From: an uncultured archaeon
Lineage (GTDB): Archaea; Asgardarchaeota; Jordiarchaeia; Jordiarchaeales; Jordiarchaeaceae
Direction of reading: 5' to 3'
NCBI GenBank assembly: GCA_964510585.1
Contig: CAZECW010000113.1
Span: forward strand, 1 to 32,000
Length of the DNA stretch: 32,000 nucleotides
Made by a program: the position numbers and the translations under genes. Shown piece after piece: positions 1 through 8,726 of this stretch (the stretch's first letter is position 1; every line of letters begins with the position of its first letter). The notes beneath the pieces are model-generated. The model was not told the origin of the DNA, did no database searches, and saw only the letters and a list, made by a program, of their open reading frames with translations.

Positions 1-135
1 TGCGTCTTGTTTAGCCTCTTAAGCCCAAGCCAAACCCTTCAGCTACCAACAACTATTTATATACCATACTTTCAAATAAACTTTCTGGCGATTCATCCCC
101 ACGACTAAAGTCGGGGGCTTTCTCGCCAAGGTTTT
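1..135 (-). mobile_element. Left end of an IS200/IS605-family (IS608-like, possibly IS1341-type) element; the rest lies beyond window position 1
   Basis: The minus strand reads TTAC|AAAACCTTGGCGAG-AAAG-CCCC-CGAC-TTTA-GTCG-T-GGGG. This is a TTAC target tetranucleotide (136-139), an AAAG guide and a subterminal hairpin with a bulged T (97-117), the same layout as the IS608 left end. No transposase or tnpB ORF is visible inside the window. Confidence 0.75.
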
Positions 136-258
136 GTAATAAGCTCTACAACACTACTTCTTGACCCCCTGGGAATTCTACTATTAACTTTTATACTCGG
201 TATTCAAGGTTTAACCATTGGTGGAATCCAACTACAGAAGATTGGTAAAACAATCTAG
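136..258 (+). pseudogene. Possible 3' remnant of a membrane-protein gene interrupted by the IS
   Basis: An open frame starts exactly at the IS junction (VISSTTLLLDPLGILLLTFILGIQGLTIGGIQLQKIGKTI*). It has a hydrophobic segment and no start codon. Confidence 0.3.
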
Positions 259-646
259 AGAGAAAAGCAGATTTCTGCATTTCTGGCAACAAGTGTCTTC
301 CATAAGGCTTATCTGAAAAATCTAACAAAATGGTGAACTTTATGGTCGAAGGAGATTTGCATCTTAAGTTTTCTTCTGATTCAATTCAGCCAGCAAGTGA
401 CTTATGGAACACCAAGAAGAATGAAAAAAGTACACCACCTGACATTCTGTCTTTTACCAAACTTACTTGCCTTATTCTTTAAATGTTGACAAGGGTAGTC
501 AAATGCATAACATGTTCTACAATTTCCTTGTCGTTTGGGGTAACACCTTCCCCTCTTTTATAATGTATTTATCGTCGTGTTTAGGGTGCACATGCCCTTT
601 ATCATTAATGTTGGACTAAGTGCTCTGTTCACAGGTCACTCGATTT

Positions 647-1711
647 TTAGAGGTATTGTTTTTTTAGGTTTTGGATTTCTTCTGTTACGTTTTTTACTAT
701 TTGGGGAATTTTTTCTGGTTGGGGGATTTTGTCATAGTATTTTATTTCTGTGCCTAGTATTGTTGAGATGACTGCTGCGATGCTTAGGGGTAGGGCTAGG
801 AGGCTGTATCCTCCTTCCAGTATGAAGGTGGCTTTTCCTTTGCACACTTCTTTTGCTAACTGGAGGATTATTCGGGTTAGTTGGGCGTAATCTTCTGCCT
901 GTAGATTCATGTTTCCAACAGGATCGCTGTAATGTGTGTCAAAGCCGAAAGAAACCAATAACATTTCTGGTTTGTAGTCTCGGATTATTTCGGGAAAGAT
1001 TTGTTCGAAGGCCCAGAGGTAGGCGTTTCCCCACGTTCCCAGGGGCAGTGGCACATTAATATTGTATCCCTTTCCCTCTCCGCTACCTATTTCCTCCAGC
1101 CAGCCTCTTTCTATTGTTTCCATACCGTACTCGTGGAAGGATAAGCAGAAAACAGTGGGGTCGGAATAGAATATTTGGGACGTCCCATCACAAGCATGTG
1201 CATCAACATCCAATATTAGGACGCGTTTAACTCTTTTCTTTTCCTGAAGCCATTTGACCGCCACAGCGCAGTTATTAAAGTAGCACATTCCCTCCGAGTG
1301 CCCTATTCCAGCATGATGTCCCGGTGGACGGATGAGAGCGAAGGCTGTCTCCACCTCTCCCTCACAAACCTGCTGCACCGCCAGAATGGCTCCGCCAGCC
1401 GACAAGCAGGCAGCCTTAAAAGTATCCTTAACCACAAAACTGGAGGATCCAACTTCACCGTATCCCAGTACCGATAATTCGCTAACCACATCAAAGAGGT
1501 AGGGACTATGTATACGCACTATATCTTCTCTTGTTGCAGGTTTGCACTCAAAAATTTTCAGGTTTGGGTTCTTCAGTAGACCAGAGTTTTTTAGGTATTC
1601 ACGGGTAAGCTTTATGCGGCTCGGATTCTCGAACGCTTCTATCCACGGCCTGGTAACCTCGGGAACATGCATCTCCTCAAAGGCCCTATGGGAAACCAAT
1701 CCTAACTTCAT
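647..1711 (-). CDS. Histone deacetylase family protein (class II-like Zn-dependent amidohydrolase)
   Basis: Motifs RPPGHHA, GMCYFNN, LDVDAHACDGT, GFDTHYSDP and LEGGY are present, so the catalytic His-His, Zn ligands and Tyr are intact. Confidence 0.93.
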   Translation of the reverse strand: MKLGLVSHRAFEEMHVPEVTRPWIEAFENPSRIKLTREYLKNSGLLKNPNLKIFECKPATREDIVRIHSPYLFDVVSELSVLGYGEVGSSSFVVKDTFKAACLSAGGAILAVQQVCEGEVETAFALIRPPGHHAGIGHSEGMCYFNNCAVAVKWLQEKKRVKRVLILDVDAHACDGTSQIFYSDPTVFCLSFHEYGMETIERGWLEEIGSGEGKGYNINVPLPLGTWGNAYLWAFEQIFPEIIRDYKPEMLLVSFGFDTHYSDPVGNMNLQAEDYAQLTRIILQLAKEVCKGKATFILEGGYSLLALPLSIAAVISTILGTEIKYYDKIPQPEKIPQIVKNVTEEIQNLKKQYL

Positions 1712-1833
1712 AATTATTCCCCTGCCGCCGAAACAAAAGTATAAAAGAGGTTCAGAATTTATCAGCTTTCTCCACTAAAAAATTTTTTGAAATCATAAAA
1801 AAGAGAATTGAAAAGGTCTAATGCTACTGGTTT

Positions 1834-2334
1834 TTAGGTGGTAGCTTTTATTTTGTTTATGAGAGTGTTCAGCCACTCGTTTATCGCTATGTCTGCCGCC
1901 ACTTCCCCAGTTTTTATTTTTTCTAGCACCCCGTCCAGAATTGAGGTTTGCCCCTTTATGATTTTGCCCCTTAGCAACCGTTCTCTGTCCCCGCCGTCCA
2001 AGTCTAACAGGTAAAAATCGTGGAGAGCAGAAATTCTTCCCCGAAGGTTTATTGCTGCCAGCCTCGCAAAATGCTCATCGCTTAGAACAACAACTACGGC
2101 GGTTTTTTCCGTCACCCTCATCAAGAAACTGTTCCTGTTATGTATGCTGTCCCCCTCATGCATTTCTGAAATGGGAAACTTGGTATAGTAGTCAAGGCAC
2201 TCTTTGGGAACGTCTCCCTTCAAACCGATAACGGAGTTGTTAATGTCTAGTATTGCCACACCCTTAGAACTCCAGTTCCCCTTATTCCTCTCCACATCTT
2301 CCAACAGTTTTTCCACAAGCTGGCTTCGCAACAT
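1834..2334 (-). CDS. Hypothetical protein with a roadblock/profilin-like fold and a C-terminal helical tail
   Basis: 166-aa ORF with a helix-beta-beta-helix-beta-beta-beta-helix pattern. It shares motifs with 11553..11933 (GVAILDINNSVI vs GLALITVGGNVI; LMRVTEKTAVVV vs IIRVSEKMVLAI). The fold call is an inference. Confidence 0.6.
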   Translation of the reverse strand: MLRSQLVEKLLEDVERNKGNWSSKGVAILDINNSVIGLKGDVPKECLDYYTKFPISEMHEGDSIHNRNSFLMRVTEKTAVVVVLSDEHFARLAAINLRGRISALHDFYLLDLDGGDRERLLRGKIIKGQTSILDGVLEKIKTGEVAADIAINEWLNTLINKIKATT

Positions 2335-2430
2335 AAAAATTCTTCCACTCCGCGAATATACGATGCATAAGTTTCATAAGTGAAGGACAACATATTTTCC
2401 TAATGTTATCTTAAAAACCCCACAATTTTT

Positions 2431-2447
2431 ACACAAAGTTTAATATA
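2431..2447 (+). promoter_or_regulatory. BRE/TATA promoter of tRNA-Arg(GCG)
   Basis: ACACAAAG-TTTAATATA ends about 28 nt upstream of the tRNA 5' end. Confidence 0.6.
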
Positions 2448-2474
2448 TTTCAATCCTAATACGATTAACAAGGT

Positions 2475-2618
2475 GGGGCTCTGGCCTAGTCAGGATATAC
2501 AGGCACCTGAAAGGGCGCAGAACCACAATTAACTGGCGCGTTAGCCTGCGGAGCCTGTGATCGCGGGAAATCCATCTATACGGTGGATTCGCGATTTCAA
2601 ATCCCGTGAGCCCCGCCA
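2475..2618 (+). tRNA. tRNA-Arg(GCG) with three non-canonical introns (about 20/21: 2497-2511; 29/30: 2521-2543; 53/54: 2568-2595); CCA encoded
   Basis: After removing the introns the cloverleaf is complete: acceptor GGGGCTC/GAGCCCC, D-stem GCCT/GGGC, anticodon stem CAGGC/GCCTG, loop CT-GCG-GA, T-arm GCGGG-TTCAAAT-CCCGT, then G73-CCA (78 nt mature). Each intron has a 4-bp central helix (CAGG/CCTG, GCGC/GCGT, CGCG/CGCG) flanked by 3-nt bulges. Confidence 0.9.
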
Positions 2619-2620
2619 AA

Positions 2621-2634
2621 GCCTCCCCCTTTTT
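2621..2634 (+). terminator. Pyrimidine/U-tract terminator candidate after the tRNA
   Basis: GCCTCCCCCTTTTT follows the CCA immediately, and the same core occurs after tpiA. Confidence 0.4.
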
Positions 2635-2719
2635 AAATGCGTTGCAGAAGGGTCACTGGTTTTAACCAGAGGGTGGGTACCATATTTAATTCCATGAAAG
2701 TAGGGAAAGATTTTTCTGC

Positions 2720-4615
2720 TTACATTTTTGAGGGGACTTGTATTCCTAGTATGTTTAGGGCGTTTTCTAGTGTTTGTTTTGCTGCGTATACTAGGGCGAG
2801 TCGAGCTTTTTTTGTTTCTTCGTCTTGTGCTGTGAGGACTGGTTGGGATTCGTAGAATTTGCTGAATTTTAGAGCGAGTTGATAGGTGTATTCTGCTAGT
2901 AGGTGGGGTTTTAGTTGTTCGGTTGCTGTTTTTACTATTTGTGGGAACAGGAATATGTGTTGTATTATGGTTTTTTCTTTTTCGTCGCCTAGTTTTTCGG
3001 GTTTTATTTTTGGTGTGGGTTTTTTGTCAGCTTTTTCCAGTATGCTGCGGGCTCTGACTACTGCATATTGTATGTATGGTCCTGTTTCTCCGTCAAAGTT
3101 TGTTACCTTGTCGAAGTCGAATATTATGGTTTGCTCGGTGCTGAATTTTATCAGCCAGAATCTTACTGCCCCTACCGCTATTATTTCGGCCAGTTCCCTC
3201 TTTTCAAGTTCAGGAAGGTCGGGCAGGTTTTTGCTCACTTGTAGGTATGCTCGGATGAATGTTTGGTTAATTACCGCATCTGCGTGATATCCCACCCAGT
3301 TGCCTTCTCTTCCCGAAAATCTCTCGCCGGCTAGTTTTACGTGTTTGTAGGAGAGGTGAATGGAGTTTTCAGCTTCCTCCCTGTAACCTAGGAGTTTGAT
3401 GCTGGATTTGAGGGCTTGCTGCAGGTATTCCTGCTCGTATCCTATTACGTTGATTACCTTTTTTGCCTTGGCAAATTCGTTGCTGTCTTTGCTTAGGGTG
3501 GGGGCGGTGGTCCACAGTATTTGTTTGTTAAACTGGGTGTTCCAGGGGCGGTACTTCATTTTTGTTTCTAGTTTTCCAAATTTCCATAACTGGTAGGCTA
3601 TGTCATGGGCTATGTAGGTTGGCACTCCAGTAGAGCGTATTATTACTTTGTCTGGGTTTTTCTTGTCTTTGAATTCTTCCAGTCTGCTGAACTTTGCCAC
3701 GAAGCAGCCTTTATATTCGCCCTCTGTTTCCCATACGAAGTTTTCGGATTTCTCGAGTTTTTTGAGGGTCTCTTCCCATATCTTTGACCTAGCAATGTCG
3801 CTCTCCCAAACCAATAGATTGTATGCTATGTTTGCTCTGGTTGTTGTTTCTAGGTTTGATTCAACGCACATTTCCGAGAGGTGTCTGCTGAAGTCAGCGA
3901 TTTCATTGTTTCCAATTTCCATGCTGCGCATCACTTCGTCTACTTCTTTTTCCAGTTCTGGTTTTTCTTTCAGGAGTTGGGCGGCCTTTGCGTATATGAG
4001 TCCATACCAGAAGTCTAGTTTGGTGTCTTTCTCTCTTGGAACTTCCAGGTGTATGTTGTTAAGGAAAGCCCAGACCAATACGCCGACCTGCCTTCCCAAA
4101 TCGTCAATGAAGTTCTGGACTTCAACATTCCACCCGCAGTTCCTGTATAGGTTTGCAACCACATCGCCCAAGACCGCGTTCCTTAAGTGGCCGATGTGTA
4201 GGGGTTTGGTGGGGTTAACAGCAGTATGTTCAACTAAGACCTTTTCCCCCTTCCCAAGCTGTAGTTTGCCGTAGTTTTCTCCCTCTGTAAAAACTTTGTT
4301 TATTATTATCTTTGTGAGTTCTAAATCGTCGAAGTAAAAGTTAACGTAGCCTGGGGGTGCAGCCTCTATTCTTCCAACGAGAGGTAGTTTTGTTACCTTC
4401 AGTTTTTCCGCCAGCTGCTGGGCGGTTTCTATGGGCTTACTTTTGAGGCTTTTTGAAATGCGGAAAGCAATTGTAGATGATAGGTTTCCCAGTTTGGGAT
4501 CTGGAGGTTGACTTATGCTTGAGGCAATTTCTTTTTTGGAAATATCCTTTACTCCCAATGATACAAGGCTATCATACGTAGCATCGACGATTTTTTCTAT
4601 CACTTCTGTGAGCAT
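2720..4615 (-). CDS. argS: Arginine--tRNA ligase (ArgRS)
   Basis: HIGH motif in NPTKPLHIGHLRN, N-terminal Add1 domain (PPDPKLG, PGYVNF), C-terminal DALR region (ETGPYIQYAVVRARSIL, ARLALV). The start is placed at ATG 4615 (MLTEVI); the ORF track extends to 4684. Confidence 0.97.
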   Translation of the reverse strand: MLTEVIEKIVDATYDSLVSLGVKDISKKEIASSISQPPDPKLGNLSSTIAFRISKSLKSKPIETAQQLAEKLKVTKLPLVGRIEAAPPGYVNFYFDDLELTKIIINKVFTEGENYGKLQLGKGEKVLVEHTAVNPTKPLHIGHLRNAVLGDVVANLYRNCGWNVEVQNFIDDLGRQVGVLVWAFLNNIHLEVPREKDTKLDFWYGLIYAKAAQLLKEKPELEKEVDEVMRSMEIGNNEIADFSRHLSEMCVESNLETTTRANIAYNLLVWESDIARSKIWEETLKKLEKSENFVWETEGEYKGCFVAKFSRLEEFKDKKNPDKVIIRSTGVPTYIAHDIAYQLWKFGKLETKMKYRPWNTQFNKQILWTTAPTLSKDSNEFAKAKKVINVIGYEQEYLQQALKSSIKLLGYREEAENSIHLSYKHVKLAGERFSGREGNWVGYHADAVINQTFIRAYLQVSKNLPDLPELEKRELAEIIAVGAVRFWLIKFSTEQTIIFDFDKVTNFDGETGPYIQYAVVRARSILEKADKKPTPKIKPEKLGDEKEKTIIQHIFLFPQIVKTATEQLKPHLLAEYTYQLALKFSKFYESQPVLTAQDEETKKARLALVYAAKQTLENALNILGIQVPSKM

Positions 4616-4718
4616 AAAATCTACCCACTTCAAACATCCAATAATCATGTTAATTAGTTTTCGAGACCGAAAACATTCAATCATGTTTTTATAAATTCTT
4701 CCGAGATGGAGAGGAAAG

Positions 4719-4841
4719 CGGGCCTGAAGGGAGTTTCAACATAGTCCAGAGGGAATACATTTTTGAACCCTTGGTATCCGGCTGACTCCATCTTTTAAAA
4801 GACGCCGGAGGCCGGCGTCTTATCCGCTAGACCACAGGCCC
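4719..4841 (-). tRNA. tRNA-Arg(CCG) with two introns (canonical 37/38: 4784-4804; T-loop 59/60: 4733-4761); CCA not encoded
   Basis: The minus strand gives acceptor GGGCCTG/CAGGCCC, D-stem GTCT/AGAC, anticodon stem CCGGC/GCCGG, loop CT-CCG-G|A and T-arm AAGGG-TTCAAA|T-CCCTT. BHB central helices are CTCC/GGAG and TTCA/TGAA, each with 3-nt bulges and an intronic stem. Confidence 0.92.
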
Positions 4842-4912
4842 GCGTTTTTTTTGTTTTTTCAAGTATTGTATGACTTGATTTGTGATTTTTAGATATTTTG
4901 GTTACTTTTGGG

Positions 4913-5428
4913 TTAGTTTGGTTGAATCCACCATGCTTGTCTTTTTCCCTTGTCTTTGGTGCGCTTAAACTGGATAATTCTCTTTCCGAATTTTTCTTCT
5001 GTTCTTCTTGCTATGCCTTTAATTCTTGTGAGGATTTGTCTCCGCTTTAGGCTGGTTACTGATTCTAGTTCTTTTGTGGTGACGCCTCCAGACTCTATGA
5101 GGTGGTTGATTATTAGTTTGTCTGTTTCATCGTTGCAAATGTGGTTTAGGAGCTGTTTTAGGTCTTCTTTGTAGAATTCGTTGTGGATGTTTGGTTCTTT
5201 CCTTTTTGTTACTCTTTCCAGTTTTATGATTCTGGATTTGAGTTGTTCTATTTCTTCCTTCAAATCTGTCTCTTCACTATTGGGTGTTTGCCTCAGTTTT
5301 TCTATTATTGCCTCCTTAACAAATTTGGAGCGTTTACCTCTCTCAATTTTTCTATTTAATTCCTCCAATAATTCTTTGGGAATTTTCACAGTTAATACCA
5401 CGGTTTTGCCTATATGGGTTCCCTCCAT
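4913..5428 (-). CDS. Putative DNA-binding regulator: N-terminal ribbon-helix-helix (CopG-like), coiled coil, C-terminal winged helix
   Basis: VVLTVKIPKELLEELNR...RSKFVKEAIIEKL matches the RHH pattern. LKEEIEQLKSRIIKLE is a heptad segment. GVTTKELESVTSLKRRQILTRIKGI followed by a beta-hairpin looks wHTH-like. ATG 5428 is preferred over 5446. Confidence 0.7.
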   Translation of the reverse strand: MEGTHIGKTVVLTVKIPKELLEELNRKIERGKRSKFVKEAIIEKLRQTPNSEETDLKEEIEQLKSRIIKLERVTKRKEPNIHNEFYKEDLKQLLNHICNDETDKLIINHLIESGGVTTKELESVTSLKRRQILTRIKGIARRTEEKFGKRIIQFKRTKDKGKRQAWWIQPN

Positions 5429-5548
5429 CAAAATTAAGCCGCACAAGTTGAGTCGATTAGGAGGTCTTTAACCATAGACTTGGACCCTTCTGCCCTGTTT
5501 TTATTTTACTATAGGTGTCTCTAACTGGTTATTTTTTTGTGGTATTAT

Positions 5549-5564
5549 ATTTTAAACCTTTTTT
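5549..5564 (-). promoter_or_regulatory. BRE/TATA candidate upstream of the RHH gene
   Basis: The minus strand reads AAAAAAGG-TTTAAAAT in the divergent intergenic region. Confidence 0.4.
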
Positions 5565-5721
5565 ATTGGAATGTTATTTTGGCTCGGAGTGTTTACCCAC
5601 ATTTTTTGCTTGTTGGTTGCATTTTTAGTGAAAATCTTTGAAGGTTAGCCGTAAGGTTTTTGAACGTTATTTACAGTTTATCTGTTGGTTAAGAATAAAC
5701 TTCGGTGTTTCGGTGACAGCC

Positions 5722-6852
5722 ATGAGGGTTTACTCCACTCGTTTTGATAAGGCTAAGAGAATACTTGTAAGCGAAGAGGTGGATGCGCTACTATTATTGA
5801 ATCCTAAAAACATTTACTACCTTACCGGTTTTTGTAGTCATTCGTGGGATACTCCAAGCGCAGTCATATTTTCGGGAGAAAATGATGTTACACTCACTGT
5901 TTCACGCATAGAATTGGATAAGGCGGCTGAGAGTTCGTGGATTAATGATGTTCGATGCTATTATCCCTTCCCCCTCAAGATAGATGATAAAAACGAGAGG
6001 GTGGACAGCATTATTGATTCGATAGGCGCAATTATTGATGAGAAGGGTCTTAGTGAGAAAGTAATTGGTATTGAACTTTCCCAGCTCCCGGTTCTCGCAT
6101 TTGAGAGTCTAAAGAAAAAACTGCCTAAGGTGGGTTTTAAAGATGTCTCCAAAAATATTTGGGAAATGAGAATGTACAAGGACATTACTGAAGTAGAAAA
6201 TATTCAAAAGGCCATAGAAATTGCCGAGAAGGGTTTAAGAACTGCGATAGAAATTATCAGCCCTGGAACAACAGAGATACAAGTTGCTGTAGAAGTGGAG
6301 AGTGCCCTACGCAGGGCGGGTTCACAGAGAGCCCACTCCGAGAGCGTGGTGGTATCGGGAGCTAAATCCGCTTATCCCTATGCAATCGCGGGAAACAAAA
6401 AGATTGAAGAAAATGAGTTAGTACTCATAAATGTATCAGCCTCCTATAATGAATACTGCGCAAACGTTACAAGAACCATATTCACGGGTAGCCCCCACAA
6501 AAAACACAAAGAAATATTCGAAGCCGTAAAACAAGCTCTTAATAACGCGTTGCAATACGCTAAACCGGATGTTCCCCTAGGTCAACTGGATGCGGTTGCC
6601 AGAAGAGCAATAAAGGAAAAGGGTTATGAACCATTCTTCATACATCCCATCGGGCACGGAATAGGTTTGGAGCAGCGTGAGCCCCCCATAGTCTCATTAA
6701 ACAACTCGGAGAAAATAAAGGAAGGACTAATTCTAAACCTTGAACCAGCGATTTACATACCAGAGTTCGGTGGAGTAAGAATTGAAGACACCATACTAAT
6801 AACGGAGGAGGGCAGTCAGGTCTTAAACAAGCTTCCAGTAGAGACAATGTAA
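5722..6852 (+). CDS. M24 (Xaa-Pro aminopeptidase/creatinase-fold) protein with a degenerate metal site
   Basis: Creatinase-N-like start (LLLLNPKNIYYLTGF) and pita-bread motifs (VTRT, HPIGHGIGL, NLEPAIY, GVRIEDTILIT). Both Asp metal ligands read as Asn. The start is placed at ATG 5722; the ORF track extends to 5638. Confidence 0.9.
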   Translation: MRVYSTRFDKAKRILVSEEVDALLLLNPKNIYYLTGFCSHSWDTPSAVIFSGENDVTLTVSRIELDKAAESSWINDVRCYYPFPLKIDDKNERVDSIIDSIGAIIDEKGLSEKVIGIELSQLPVLAFESLKKKLPKVGFKDVSKNIWEMRMYKDITEVENIQKAIEIAEKGLRTAIEIISPGTTEIQVAVEVESALRRAGSQRAHSESVVVSGAKSAYPYAIAGNKKIEENELVLINVSASYNEYCANVTRTIFTGSPHKKHKEIFEAVKQALNNALQYAKPDVPLGQLDAVARRAIKEKGYEPFFIHPIGHGIGLEQREPPIVSLNNSEKIKEGLILNLEPAIYIPEFGGVRIEDTILITEEGSQVLNKLPVETM

Positions 6853-6943
6853 ATTTTTCTCTCAATTGAATGCGAATGTAAAACTTAAAAGCCCAAAAAT
6901 TCTATCATTTCTTTATTTTTTAGGGGTTTAAAGGGGATGGGTA

Positions 6944-7867
6944 ATGAACATTAAACCAGTTTGTATCCTTTGCCTTCTTACTCGCGGTTACAGGGAAATA
7001 CAATACTCTACAAATGACCCCGATGTTCAGTTAAAGGCAATGAGGGAAGTATTACAGGTAATTAACAGAATAATAAATGAGCAGAATCACCCCATGCACC
7101 TAGTCCCAGCTTACACTGGCACATACAGAGACCGCACAATAAAAAAGGTAACTGGTTGTCCAGATCCCTACCAAAAGGAGAAGGTAAAATCCAACAGAGT
7201 AGCATTAGAGCTGCGCTCTGACCTTGAAAAAATCATTGATGGAGAAGACGATGCCTATAAGAGGTTTAGAACCGCATGCATCGCGGCTATTGTGGGAAAC
7301 ATAATAGAGTTTGATGTTTTAGGGCACCAATTTAACTTGGAAGAAATATCCAAACTTATAGAAAAGGCGGAGGAAGAATTAGCCATCGACGACATACCAG
7401 CATTATTTGAAAAGATTAAACCGGGAATAAGAGTATTGTATCTGACGGACAATGCTGGCGAAATAGCGTTAGATGTTCTGCTTGTAAGGGAGTTAAAAAA
7501 GCTTGGAGCGGACGTTACTGTGGGGGTTAAAGAGAAGCCAGTTTTGAATGACGCCACCCTCGAAGATGCTAAAGCAGTAGGCATGATGGAGACAGCCGAC
7601 CGCGTAATAACCATAGGCACAGACAGCGTGGGTTTAATACTAAATGAGTGTTCAGAGCTCTTCCTAGACTTCTACAATAATTCTCACTTGATAATAGCCA
7701 AGGGAATGGGCTACTTTGAAACAATGACCGGACATAATGTGAAACACCCCATGGACATCTTTTTCTTGTTGAGAACAAAATGTGACCCAGTAGCCACTAG
7801 CCTAGGAGTTGAGCGGGACAAAAATGTGGCAAAACATTTTCCCGCAAACACAACAATAGAGTGCTGA
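6944..7867 (+). CDS. DUF89/ARMT1-like damage-control phosphatase
   Basis: N-terminal CxxC, DPYQKEK, GNIIEF, LYLTDNAGE, AKGMGYFE and LRTKC motifs. Confidence 0.88.
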   Translation: MNIKPVCILCLLTRGYREIQYSTNDPDVQLKAMREVLQVINRIINEQNHPMHLVPAYTGTYRDRTIKKVTGCPDPYQKEKVKSNRVALELRSDLEKIIDGEDDAYKRFRTACIAAIVGNIIEFDVLGHQFNLEEISKLIEKAEEELAIDDIPALFEKIKPGIRVLYLTDNAGEIALDVLLVRELKKLGADVTVGVKEKPVLNDATLEDAKAVGMMETADRVITIGTDSVGLILNECSELFLDFYNNSHLIIAKGMGYFETMTGHNVKHPMDIFFLLRTKCDPVATSLGVERDKNVAKHFPANTTIEC

Positions 7868-7903
7868 ACCCAAAAAAACTATAAGTTAATAGTATCAGAA
7901 TAA

Positions 7904-8617
<714 letters not shown>

Positions 8618-8627
8618 AACACCAAAA

Positions 8628-8655
8628 CCAAAAAAGGCCTCCCCCTCCTTTTTGG
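8628..8655 (+). terminator. Hairpin/U-tract terminator candidate after tpiA
   Basis: CCAAAAAAGG-CCTCCCCCT-CCTTTTTGG imperfect inverted repeat with a T5 tract. Confidence 0.4.
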
Positions 8656-8726
8656 AAGATTGTATAAGCGTTTTTAAAAAGGGTCAACTGATATCCTTAT
8701 GATAATTAGTATCACAAAAACATGGG

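Noticed and set aside
330-482. 50-codon plus-strand ORF (MVNFMVEGD...)
   Set aside because: Short, no recognisable motif or RBS, and next to IS-disrupted DNA.
4616-4684. 23-aa N-terminal extension of ArgRS in the ORF track
   Set aside because: It is not ArgRS-like and lies just downstream of the tRNA 3' end. ATG 4615 gives a normal N-terminus.
7290-7320. DUF89 motif reads GNIIEF rather than GNxxDF
   Set aside because: This is a conservative acidic substitution and the DNAGE motif is intact, so it is not enough to claim altered function.
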